A model generated the notes under the pieces. That model had not been told where the DNA came from, did not search any database, and saw nothing but the letters and a program-made list of their open reading frames with translations. This document shows, piece after piece, positions 26,696-35,227 of a stretch of DNA of 64,000 nucleotides. The position numbers and the translations under genes are program-made. How positions within the stretch are numbered: the first letter of the stretch is position 1; every line of letters begins with the position of its first letter. Origin of the DNA: an uncultured Limibaculum sp. (GTDB lineage: Bacteria; Pseudomonadota; Alphaproteobacteria; Rhodobacterales; Rhodobacteraceae); assembly GCA_964475765.1 (NCBI GenBank), contig CAYYZH010000003.1:2945-66944 (forward strand). The letters are read 5' to 3'.

Positions 26696-27841
26696 ATGAG
26701 TACAAACGGTTGGATCCTAACCGGTGGGCAATGTCTGGACGATGGCGCGATAACAACGCGAGACTGCGTCATTGATGGAGCGGCCTTTAGAGACGTTGCT
26801 CCAACCGATGCCCGGCGCTTCGATGCGACAGGTCTGATCCTCTCGCCTGGAATTATCGACCTCCACGGAGATGCGTTTGAGCGTAACGTCTCCCCTCGTC
26901 CCAGAGTCTTCTTCGATACGGCTGCGGCACTTCTTGAGACCGACCGACAGCTGATCTCGAACGGGATCACAACGGCCTATCTGGCGCTTACTATCTCATG
27001 GGAACCTGGCTTGCGAAGCCTCGATCAGGGACGTGCGCTCATTGAAACGCTTGAACGGGTTCGCCCGGATTTGCTTTGCGACATACGTCTGCAAATCCGT
27101 TGGGAGGCCTGTGCGTTGGATGCGGTCGATCAGGTCAAAGCCTGGCTGGAACTCGACCCCAAGCCGGTGCTTGCCTTCAATGACCACTTCTCCGATCTGC
27201 TGACAAACCCGCGCATGACCAAGAAGATCGGCGATTTTGCTGCCCGGGCAGACATGACCGAGGCGGAGTACCGCGCGCAGATCACAGATGTAACGCAGCG
27301 CAGGGACGAGGTGTCCGCGGCGACTGAGCATTTGGCACGGACCGCCCGGAAGTCAGGCGTCATCTGCTTTGCCCACGATGAGCGGGACATCGCCACGCGG
27401 CAGGCCAATCGCGATCTTGGAATCACCGTCAGCGAGTTTCCTCTGACCTCCGACACGGCACGGGAGGCAATCGATGCTAAGGAGCCGACGATACTGGGTG
27501 CACCCAATGTTCTGAGGGGCGGCAGCCATATCGGCGCCGTGGACGCCGAGCCCGCAATTGCAAATGGGCTGTGCAGCGTTCTGGCATCCGATTACTATTA
27601 TCCGGCTCCGTTTCTTGCCGTCCATCGACTATCAAAAGGTGACCTTGGACAGTTGTCGCGACACTGGCCGCTGATTTCCGCAAACGCCGCCCGAGCCGTG
27701 GCGCTCGATGACCGCGGATCACTTGAGACGGGCAAGAGAGCCGACTTGGTGGCGTTTAGTAAAGCGGGTGCAACTCCACGCATCGAAGCTGTTTTCTCGG
27801 CGGGAAAACTTGTTCACCTAACCTCGCAAGACAGGATCTAA
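26696..27841 (+). CDS. phnM: Alpha-D-ribose 1-methylphosphonate 5-triphosphate diphosphatase-like amidohydrolase (PhnM family)
   Basis: Start refined to ATG 26696 (SD AGGAGA). 'PGIIDLHGDAFER', 'FNDH', 'AHDE', 'SEFP', 'GAPNVLRGGSH', 'LASDYY', 'GKRADLV'. Confidence 0.85.
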   Translation: MSTNGWILTGGQCLDDGAITTRDCVIDGAAFRDVAPTDARRFDATGLILSPGIIDLHGDAFERNVSPRPRVFFDTAAALLETDRQLISNGITTAYLALTISWEPGLRSLDQGRALIETLERVRPDLLCDIRLQIRWEACALDAVDQVKAWLELDPKPVLAFNDHFSDLLTNPRMTKKIGDFAARADMTEAEYRAQITDVTQRRDEVSAATEHLARTARKSGVICFAHDERDIATRQANRDLGITVSEFPLTSDTAREAIDAKEPTILGAPNVLRGGSHIGAVDAEPAIANGLCSVLASDYYYPAPFLAVHRLSKGDLGQLSRHWPLISANAARAVALDDRGSLETGKRADLVAFSKAGATPRIEAVFSAGKLVHLTSQDRI

Positions 27842-27898
27842 ATCTCCCCCGGGACCAGTTTATATCGCCGCTTTACTGCTCTTGACCCCCAAATGACA

Positions 27899-28744
27899 TC
27901 AGCAATCAGGAACTATGTTCTCAGGATCTTCCTTCATGACCACGTCGTGATTCATCGAATATGACGGACGCTCACATCCGGCCTCCCCAACGATCTTCGC
28001 CGGGATGCCGGCGACAGTTGTGTTCGGAGGTACTTCTTTCAAAACAACAGAACCGGCAGCGATGCGCGAGCAGTTGCCAACGCGGATATTGCCCAAAACC
28101 TTCGCTCCGGCGCCGATGAGCACGCCATCACCAATCTTAGGGTGGCGATCACCGCCCTCCTTGCCGGTTCCGCCGAGCGTCACAGAATGAAGCAATGAAA
28201 CATCGTCTCCAACCACCGCTGTCTCGCCGATGACCATGGCGTGGGCATGGTCGATCATCAGCCCCCGTCCGATCCGGGCCGCGGGGTTGATGTCCATCGA
28301 GAACAATTGACTGACCCGCATTTGGATAAACATCGCCAGATCGCGTCGCCCGCCATTCCAGAGCCAGTGCGCCACACGATAAGCCTGAATACCGATAAAG
28401 CCTTTGAAATAGAGAAGCGGCTGCAACATCTGGTTGCAGAACGGATCGCGCTCATAGACGGCAACGACATCTGCTCGTGCCGCTTCGCCAATGGTCGGAT
28501 TGTCGGCATAGGCCTGATCGCACATTTCCCGCAGCAAAAGTGACGGCATGTCCTCTGATGATAGCTTTTGCGCAATACGATAGCCCAACGCGCTTTCGAG
28601 CGTCTTGTGGTTCAACACGGTCGCATGAACAATCGATGCCATCAGCGGCTCGCTCGCTGCGACACCTTCTGCTTCCTGTCGGATTTGGTCCCAAACTGGG
28701 TCAACCCACGGACTTTCTACATGCAGCTTCACATCCGTCGACAT
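27899..28744 (-). CDS. cysE: Serine O-acetyltransferase
   Basis: 'VYERDP', 'KGFIGIQAYR', 'DINPAARIG', 'IDHAH', 'LGGTGKEGGDRHPKIG'. Confidence 0.96.
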   Translation of the reverse strand: MSTDVKLHVESPWVDPVWDQIRQEAEGVAASEPLMASIVHATVLNHKTLESALGYRIAQKLSSEDMPSLLLREMCDQAYADNPTIGEAARADVVAVYERDPFCNQMLQPLLYFKGFIGIQAYRVAHWLWNGGRRDLAMFIQMRVSQLFSMDINPAARIGRGLMIDHAHAMVIGETAVVGDDVSLLHSVTLGGTGKEGGDRHPKIGDGVLIGAGAKVLGNIRVGNCSRIAAGSVVLKEVPPNTTVAGIPAKIVGEAGCERPSYSMNHDVVMKEDPENIVPDC

Positions 28745-28808
28745 GACGCGCCTCCTGACCGCACATGCGGTGGTTGAGAGTTAAGCTTTCCGACGATAGA
28801 TACCACAG

Positions 28809-29147
28809 ATGGACGCCAAGATGACTATCAAATTCTGTGAACGCCTTCATCGAGAGGCTGAAGAGCTGCGCAAAGACGATGTGGAAACAACTTTGGACCG
28901 CGCTCCTGTAGAATTGGATCAAACGCAGGTCGGTCGTCTCAGCCGTATGGATGCACTGCAACAACAAGCCATGGCCGAGGCTCAAGCGCGGCGGCGCAGC
29001 GCGCGTCTTCGGGCAATCGAAGCGGCATTGAAACGCATGACAGATGATGAGTTCGGGTGGTGTCAGTCCTGCGGAGATACCATCCCGATGGGACGTCTCG
29101 ACCTCGACCCAGCAACCGCGCGTTGCGTAGAATGCGCGTCGCGCTAA
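28809..29147 (+). CDS. TraR/DksA C4-type zinc finger protein
   Basis: 'VGRLSRMDALQQQAM' coiled-coil tip; 'FGWCQSCG...CVEC'. Confidence 0.88.
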   Translation: MDAKMTIKFCERLHREAEELRKDDVETTLDRAPVELDQTQVGRLSRMDALQQQAMAEAQARRRSARLRAIEAALKRMTDDEFGWCQSCGDTIPMGRLDLDPATARCVECASR

Positions 29148-29276
29148 TTCTCTGATAATCCGGCCATAAAGAGCGATTTTTTCTCCTTCTACGAGGAAAC
29201 GTAAGAAGGCGTTGAGTGCACTCGCCACATTCCGGCCTTAAACGAGCAAGTAGGGAAAGTAACCAGCCTTGGGAAT

Positions 29277-29830
29277 ATGATAACGACTGACGTACGTATC
29301 ACGTACGCAACACCTCGGACATCGGCGGCACATTCCTGACGCCGTCTTTGTGCTGGATTTCACAATGGGGAGTTTGGTCTTTAAGATGTAGGCGGAACTG
29401 CATCGACCGGGCTCGAGGTCATCGCCGAGGACGGATCATTTGCGGCCACCGCAGCCAAGCGTGAGGCCGTCGACCCGAACAGCGAGGGTGCGGTCATCAC
29501 CGGCGCCGCAGGACCTATCGCTACTGGAGAGTTGACCTAGCAGGTCATTGCTCTGTCGCCGACCCAAACTCGTCTGACTCTAGACGCGATGATCCTGCCG
29601 TCCAACGATACATTTGATGTTCTTCGATGCCTACGGCAACTAGAATGGTGCGCAGACCGTCGAGTTCGAAGGATCGGACGTTTGCGATGCAGGCACCGAG
29701 GTCAACAACGAACTTGATGCGGCGTTCATAAACCAAGCTGGCCCGAACACTGAAATCGACGAGAACGGCGGTCCGCCAACGCGACGGGTTAAACGGCTCG
29801 GTCGGCCGAAAGGTGAAGGGACACGAGGCA
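29277..29830 (+). pseudogene. Degraded spondin_N-domain protein gene
   Basis: Spondin motifs spread over three frames: 'NTSDIGGTFLTP', 'GFHNG', 'ASTGLEVIAEDG', 'AMILPSNDTF', 'DAGTEVNNE', 'GPNTEIDENG'. In-frame stops at 29382, 29538 and 29641 plus frameshifts. Confidence 0.75.
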
Positions 29831-29963
29831 CTTTTAGCCGCCGTTGATGAGTCGAAGCTCCAAACTAATGCAAATACTCAGAGGGTCACTGTTCGTCCTA
29901 TTTCCACCACAATACCTGTCTGCTCAATGAAACTCACATCGGGCCTAATCGCGATCCCAGCCC

Positions 29964-30782
29964 TCAGGTTATTATTCGTTCGAATTCAGGCATCCTCTCT
30001 TCCGGGGCGTCGGTGACAAGCATTCGGCCGGGCGTGTGGGTAATGCAAATGGGCGGCGCCGCTGCCTCAAGCACATTTTGCGGGGTTACACCGCAGGCCC
30101 AATAGACCGCAACATCATCTGCATCAAACTCGGCAGGCTCCCCCCAATCAGGGTTGGTAACATCGACAACACCAATCTCGGCTCCATCTCCAACGTGAAC
30201 AGGTGCTCCATGAGCATGGTCGAACCCGGCAGTGATTCTGCATGCCAGATCGACCTTATCCTTTGGAATAGGGCGCATCGACACGACCATGCTGCCCTGA
30301 AACGGCCCAACCTGCTTGAGCGCCAGATTGGTCCGATACATCGGCACCGTCCGATTTCTATCGATATGCTTCATTGCGATACCCGCCTCGGCCAACGCCC
30401 GTTCGAATGTGAATGAGCAACCCAGAGCAAAGGCGACCATATCGTCGGTCCAAAGGTCCGTTATGTCATGCACCGCGCCATCGAGTGTGCCATCGCGATA
30501 AACATTGTAGCTGGGAACATCAGTGCGAATGTCGATGTCACCAAGCATGGACATCGCCGGACTTCCACGCCCGGACAGACCTACCAAAGGACAGGGTTGG
30601 GCATTTAGCTCGCAGAAACTCAGAAAATCGTCAGCGTAAGCACCCTCGAGGATAGCCAGGTTCGCTTGAAGGCGGCCCGGCGCAAATCCCGCAGTCTGGC
30701 CCCGATAGGCAGAAGCGCGAATTTGCTCACGCAGATATCCAATCGGTTGAGTCCGGAGAAAGTCGTAGTCATTCGCAGTCAT
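29964..30782 (-). CDS. Putative hydro-lyase, DUF1445 / D-glutamate cyclase family
   Basis: 'LQANLAIL', 'FCELNAQPCPL', 'DIRTDVPSY', 'GCSFTFE', 'HGAPVHVG', 'WACGVTPQ', 'THTPGRMLVTD'. Confidence 0.92.
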   Translation of the reverse strand: MTANDYDFLRTQPIGYLREQIRASAYRGQTAGFAPGRLQANLAILEGAYADDFLSFCELNAQPCPLVGLSGRGSPAMSMLGDIDIRTDVPSYNVYRDGTLDGAVHDITDLWTDDMVAFALGCSFTFERALAEAGIAMKHIDRNRTVPMYRTNLALKQVGPFQGSMVVSMRPIPKDKVDLACRITAGFDHAHGAPVHVGDGAEIGVVDVTNPDWGEPAEFDADDVAVYWACGVTPQNVLEAAAPPICITHTPGRMLVTDAPEERMPEFERIIT

Positions 30783-30934
30783 ATCAGGCCTCTTCGTCGC
30801 TTTCGCCGACTGTGCAATGAGCGCTGCTTAGAGGCAATCCATCTCTTGGATATATGTCTTTCCAATGGGCTAGGACTCTGTCTAGTGTTTCGAACCAGCG
30901 CCGATAGAACGCGCGACAGACACGGGAGCTACAA

Positions 30935-31990
30935 ATGAAGAAACTTATCGGAGCGGCAGTGGCCGCAGGCGTCCTTACCGCCGCCCCGGCGGTTGCTGAT
31001 CTCGACGAGAAAGAATTCCTCGTCGTTGGCACCTGGGGCAATCTTTTTAACTGGAAAGAGCATGAAAGCCGGATGTGGAACTCCGTTCTGCCCGAGGCTT
31101 CAGGTGGCAAGCTCACAGCTAATGCCAAGCCCTACACCGAGCTCGGTCTCAGCGGCTATGAAGTCGTCAAACAGCTAGAGCTCGGAGCCTATGACGCCGT
31201 CCACGCACTGACCACGTACACTTCACAGGATAGCCCCCCGCTCGAAGGAATCGACCTTGCGGGCGTGTTCCAGGATTTCGCCACTTATCGCGAAGCACTG
31301 AACGCCTACAAGCCTGTCATCCAGCGCGAGCTGCGCGACAAGTACAACGCAGAGTTAGTAATGCTCTACACCTTCCCATCTCAGCAGCTTTACTGCAAGC
31401 TGGGTGAAGGCGAAAGCGGCCACCTTGCAACTCTTGCAGGCAAGAAGATCCGGACCTACTCGACCTCGCTGGCTGACTTCATTGAAGGCCTCGGCGCGTC
31501 CTCCGTAACCATAGCATTCTCCGAAGCGGTGCCCGCACTGGAAAAAGGCGTTGCGACCTGCGGCACGACGGGCACGGCGCCTGCCTATAACGCCAAGTGG
31601 TATCAGGTGACGACGCACAACGTCCGCGTGAAGCTCGGCTATGCTGCAACCTTCATGGCGTTCAATGGCGAGGCCTGGGACGAACTCTCCGACGACACCA
31701 AGGCGTTGATCCGCGAGAACGCAGCCAAGGTTGAGAACGAGATTTGGGACAGCATCGAGGCAACCGATGCCATGGCCGCAACATGCAACACCTCCGGCCC
31801 CTGCGACTGGGGTGAGAATGGTGGGCTGAAAGCAGTCGAGATGAACGATGAAGACAACGCGATCATCAAGGACGTTGTCGAAAACACTGTTCTCAAGCGT
31901 TTCGCAGAACGGTGCGGCAAGGCCTGCGCCGAGGAGTGGAACGCGACGATGGGCAAGATCGCTGGCGTTCAGGCACCTCTGCCCGAGTAA
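30935..31990 (+). CDS. dctP: TRAP transporter substrate-binding protein
   Basis: Signal peptide; 'GKKIRTY', 'EAVPALEKGV'; heads a dctPQM unit. Confidence 0.9.
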   Translation: MKKLIGAAVAAGVLTAAPAVADLDEKEFLVVGTWGNLFNWKEHESRMWNSVLPEASGGKLTANAKPYTELGLSGYEVVKQLELGAYDAVHALTTYTSQDSPPLEGIDLAGVFQDFATYREALNAYKPVIQRELRDKYNAELVMLYTFPSQQLYCKLGEGESGHLATLAGKKIRTYSTSLADFIEGLGASSVTIAFSEAVPALEKGVATCGTTGTAPAYNAKWYQVTTHNVRVKLGYAATFMAFNGEAWDELSDDTKALIRENAAKVENEIWDSIEATDAMAATCNTSGPCDWGENGGLKAVEMNDEDNAIIKDVVENTVLKRFAERCGKACAEEWNATMGKIAGVQAPLPE

Positions 31991-31998
31991 TCGAACCC

Positions 31999-32023
31999 GG
32001 GTTGGCCCATCTCGGGCCAACCC
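31999..32023 (+). other. Intercistronic stem-loop after second dctP
   Basis: gggttggccc-ATCTC-gggccaaccc perfect 10-bp stem. Confidence 0.6.
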
Positions 32024-32031
32024 CTCCCCCG

Positions 32032-32652
32032 ATGAACCTTCTTGATCGCATATATCGCGTCCTCGAACGCGTTTCGCTCTGGGCCGTCTGGGCCGGGGGC
32101 TTTGCGCTGCTTTTGGCGGCGATCATGATCGTGATCGAGATTGTCGGTCGCAAGATCGGCGGAGCGTCGCTGCTCGGGACCACGATCCCGTCCTTCCGCG
32201 TGCCGGGATCTGACGAATACTCCGGCTACATCTTTGCAGGGGCGACCGTCTGGGCCTATGCCTACTGCCTGATCCATCGCAGCCACATCCGCATCGATGC
32301 GCTCTACAACCTGTTTCCGCAAAGGGTTCGCGCGGTTCTGGACGTTGTCGGCCTCGCATTGCTCGGTATTTATGTCGTCTACCTGACGGAACGCGCCTGG
32401 GTCGTTTTCATAGGCACGTTGGAGAAAGGGTCAAAAGCCGCAACCCCGCAGCAGACCCCCCTTTGGTTGCCACAAGGTGTTTGGGTCACCGGTATGACCT
32501 TCTTCGCAATTGTCACGCTTTTCGTCCTACTCTACGCGACTGTTTGTCTGTTCTCTGGCCGCATCGGGCAGGTGCAGGCGCTCGCCGGTACGATGTCCGT
32601 AGCCGAAGAGGTCGATGAAGAGACCCGCGGTGTCCAAGAGATGAAAAGATGA
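32032..32652 (+). CDS. dctQ: TRAP transporter small permease
   Basis: Start refined to ATG 32032; 'DEYSGY', 'HRSHIRIDALY', 'TPLWLPQ'. Confidence 0.88.
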   Translation: MNLLDRIYRVLERVSLWAVWAGGFALLLAAIMIVIEIVGRKIGGASLLGTTIPSFRVPGSDEYSGYIFAGATVWAYAYCLIHRSHIRIDALYNLFPQRVRAVLDVVGLALLGIYVVYLTERAWVVFIGTLEKGSKAATPQQTPLWLPQGVWVTGMTFFAIVTLFVLLYATVCLFSGRIGQVQALAGTMSVAEEVDEETRGVQEMKR

Positions 32653-33968
32653 AAGCCGTGATCGCCCTCTTCAAAGCCGGTTCACCCTGGTCGATCATCA
32701 TCGCGCTGCTGGTTCTCGTTCTGGCCGCCGTGCCCGTCGGTGCGGTGTTGGGTCTACTCTCCATCGGACTTGATGAAGTTTACATGCGCGGGCGATTGGT
32801 CCGGGCAATGGGTGAGAACACCTGGGAGCAACAAAAGAACTTTTTGCTGATCGCCATCCCGATGTTCATCCTGATGGGGGAGATCATTCTACGTGCAGGT
32901 CTGGCGCGGCGCATGTACGAGGCTGTTGCAGGTTGGCTGAGCTGGCTGCCAGGCGGCCTGATGCACGCCAATATAGCATCGTGCTCCATCTTTGCCGCAA
33001 CATCCGGGTCCTCAGTTGCCACAGCTGCGACCATCGGAACGGTGGCCTATCCCGAGATCGAGAACCGCAAGTACAACGAGAGCCTTTTTCTTGGCTCCAT
33101 TGCTGCGGGTGGCACACTCGGCATCCTGATCCCGCCCTCGATCAACTTGATCCTTTACGGCTTCATCACCGATACGTCGGTGCCCGAGCTGTTTCTCGCC
33201 GGCTTCCTTCCGGGCTTCCTACTCTCAGTCCTGTTTCTGGTGATCATCTTGATCGCCTGCCTCATCCGTCCGGAATGGGGTGGCGAAAAGCCAGAGGTCA
33301 CTTGGGGAGACCGTTTTCGCAGTCTGCCTGACCTTCTGCCGCCCCTCCTCCTGATCGTAGGCGTCATGGGCTCAATCTATGGCGGGATCGCCACTCCGAC
33401 CGAAGCCGCAGCAGTCGGTGTGCTCTTTGCACTCTTGCTCGCTATGTGGACGCGGACCTTGTCGATCGAAATGCTCAAAGGCGCGTTCGAAAGTACCATG
33501 CGCATCACGGCGATGATCATGTTCATCATCCTCGCGGCCGTGTTTTTAAACTTCGTCCTCGGGTTTCTTGGTGTCACACAGGCGCTGATCAAGTTTATCG
33601 AAGACCTGGGCTGGTCGCCTCTACAGACGATGATTGCGCTCGTGATCTTCTATCTCATCCTCGGTATGTTCATGGAAACGCTGTCGATGATGCTCACCAC
33701 AGTCCCGGTTGTCTTTCCGTTGGTTGTTGGCATGGGATACGACCCCGTCTGGTTTGGCATTCTAGTCATCGTGCTGATGGAGGCCGCCCTTATCACGCCT
33801 CCAATAGGCGTGAACCTTTACGTTGTGCAGGGCATCCGCTCGCGAGGGGGCAAATTCAACGATGTCGCCTGGGGCGCCCTGCCCTTTGTCGCGATGATGA
33901 TCGCCATGGCGTTCCTGTTGATCGCTTTCCCGCAAATCGCACTGTGGCTCCCACAGAGCGTTTACTGA
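32649..33968 (+). CDS. dctM: TRAP transporter large permease
   Basis: 'AIPMFILMGE', 'SGSSVAT', 'GGTLGILIPPSI', 'TPTEAA', 'ITPPIGVNLYV'. Confidence 0.95.
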   Translation: MKAVIALFKAGSPWSIIIALLVLVLAAVPVGAVLGLLSIGLDEVYMRGRLVRAMGENTWEQQKNFLLIAIPMFILMGEIILRAGLARRMYEAVAGWLSWLPGGLMHANIASCSIFAATSGSSVATAATIGTVAYPEIENRKYNESLFLGSIAAGGTLGILIPPSINLILYGFITDTSVPELFLAGFLPGFLLSVLFLVIILIACLIRPEWGGEKPEVTWGDRFRSLPDLLPPLLLIVGVMGSIYGGIATPTEAAAVGVLFALLLAMWTRTLSIEMLKGAFESTMRITAMIMFIILAAVFLNFVLGFLGVTQALIKFIEDLGWSPLQTMIALVIFYLILGMFMETLSMMLTTVPVVFPLVVGMGYDPVWFGILVIVLMEAALITPPIGVNLYVVQGIRSRGGKFNDVAWGALPFVAMMIAMAFLLIAFPQIALWLPQSVY

Positions 33969-33976
33969 CGAAGCAC

Positions 33977-34786
33977 CTAGTCCTGTCGCGGCTTTAACGC
34001 GGCAACGGCGGCGATCAAGGCTTGCGGCAAGCCCGCCATCTCGCTCTCATCGAGTGCGTCCATGCAGCTTTCGACGTCCTTCTTGACGATGCCGATTGTG
34101 TTTTCCGGATCATACCCGTCTCGCGAGAACTCTATCGTATCGAAATTCGAGCCGAACCACGTCTGCCCGGAACTGTCATGCATCAGGGCACGCAAACGTT
34201 CGGGGTCGAGCCCGAGGCTATCTGCCCAGTCCAGAACGCGCCGGGTCGAGACCAGAGAGGTCGCCGCCACGAAGTTGTTCAACACCTTGGCCGTCATGCC
34301 TGCGCCCGGTCCGCCCATGCGGTGGATCTTCGGGCCCATGGTGCGAAAAACCGGTTCAAGCAGGTCGAGATCCGCGTCCTCCCCGCCCAGCATGAAGGAG
34401 AGTCGCGCCTCGTCCGCCGCCACCTGCGCGCCGGACATCGGCGCATCAACCATAGCGATCCGCGCAGGAACACGGGACCGAAGACCTGCCAGATAGCGCG
34501 GCGAAAGGGTCGAAGATATCACGAGATGCGTCAGCTCAGGCCCATGACTCAGGATCGCCTGATCGTCAAACAACAATGCCTCAGTCTGAGCCGCATCCCG
34601 GACAACGGTTATGATAACCTGTCGGTCAGCGGCAAATTCCGCCGGATCCGACACCATGTGATCCGCGAAACCCGCAAACTCTGCAGTTGGACGCACGTCA
34701 AATACTCTGACGTCCAAACCCGCCCGCAGCATAGCTCGGGCCATGCCAAGACCCATGCGTCCGCAACCTGCCAGTCCGATTTTCAT
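33977..34786 (-). CDS. NAD(P)-dependent beta-hydroxyacid dehydrogenase (3-hydroxyisobutyrate dehydrogenase family)
   Basis: 'GLAGCGRMG', 'DAPMSG', catalytic Lys 'AKVLNN'. Confidence 0.9.
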   Translation of the reverse strand: MKIGLAGCGRMGLGMARAMLRAGLDVRVFDVRPTAEFAGFADHMVSDPAEFAADRQVIITVVRDAAQTEALLFDDQAILSHGPELTHLVISSTLSPRYLAGLRSRVPARIAMVDAPMSGAQVAADEARLSFMLGGEDADLDLLEPVFRTMGPKIHRMGGPGAGMTAKVLNNFVAATSLVSTRRVLDWADSLGLDPERLRALMHDSSGQTWFGSNFDTIEFSRDGYDPENTIGIVKKDVESCMDALDESEMAGLPQALIAAVAALKPRQD

Positions 34787-35199
34787 CTCAGCCCGGTATT
34801 TGTCGCCGGAGCCCCACAGAGCAGGGGCCTTTTATCTCGTCCTGAGACACGCAACTCAAAGACATCAGGCGTGTCGTTCAACAGGCGAACATAGAGATCC
34901 TCGTCCTTGCGAAGCACACGCCAGCACTGGACCTGCCCATCCGAATTCGATGTATCGAACAGGAAACAAAGCTGCGCACCGTGCGTACGCCAGACCCCAT
35001 CGATGCAGCTTCCGTCGCGATAGCGCCACTTGACGCGGCCCTCATCGTAAAACTCTTCCGAACCGAACGGTTGTCCGTCCCTGTCGAAATAAAGCGTCCA
35101 GCCTTCCGCATACTCGCGAAACTCGGACGGGCTAACAATTTGCTCCTCGGCAGATGCCGGAAGCGCGAAAAGCAGCAGCAAGGCAAGCAGAAATCTCAT
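34783..35199 (-). CDS. Hypothetical exported protein (4 Cys)
   Basis: Start refined to ATG 35199; signal peptide 'MRFLLALLLLFALPASA'; ATGA overlap with the downstream gene. Confidence 0.7.
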   Translation of the reverse strand: MRFLLALLLLFALPASAEEQIVSPSEFREYAEGWTLYFDRDGQPFGSEEFYDEGRVKWRYRDGSCIDGVWRTHGAQLCFLFDTSNSDGQVQCWRVLRKDEDLYVRLLNDTPDVFELRVSGRDKRPLLCGAPATNTGLR

Positions 35200-35227
35200 A
35201 AATCGTATGATGACCGAGAGAGTAGGA

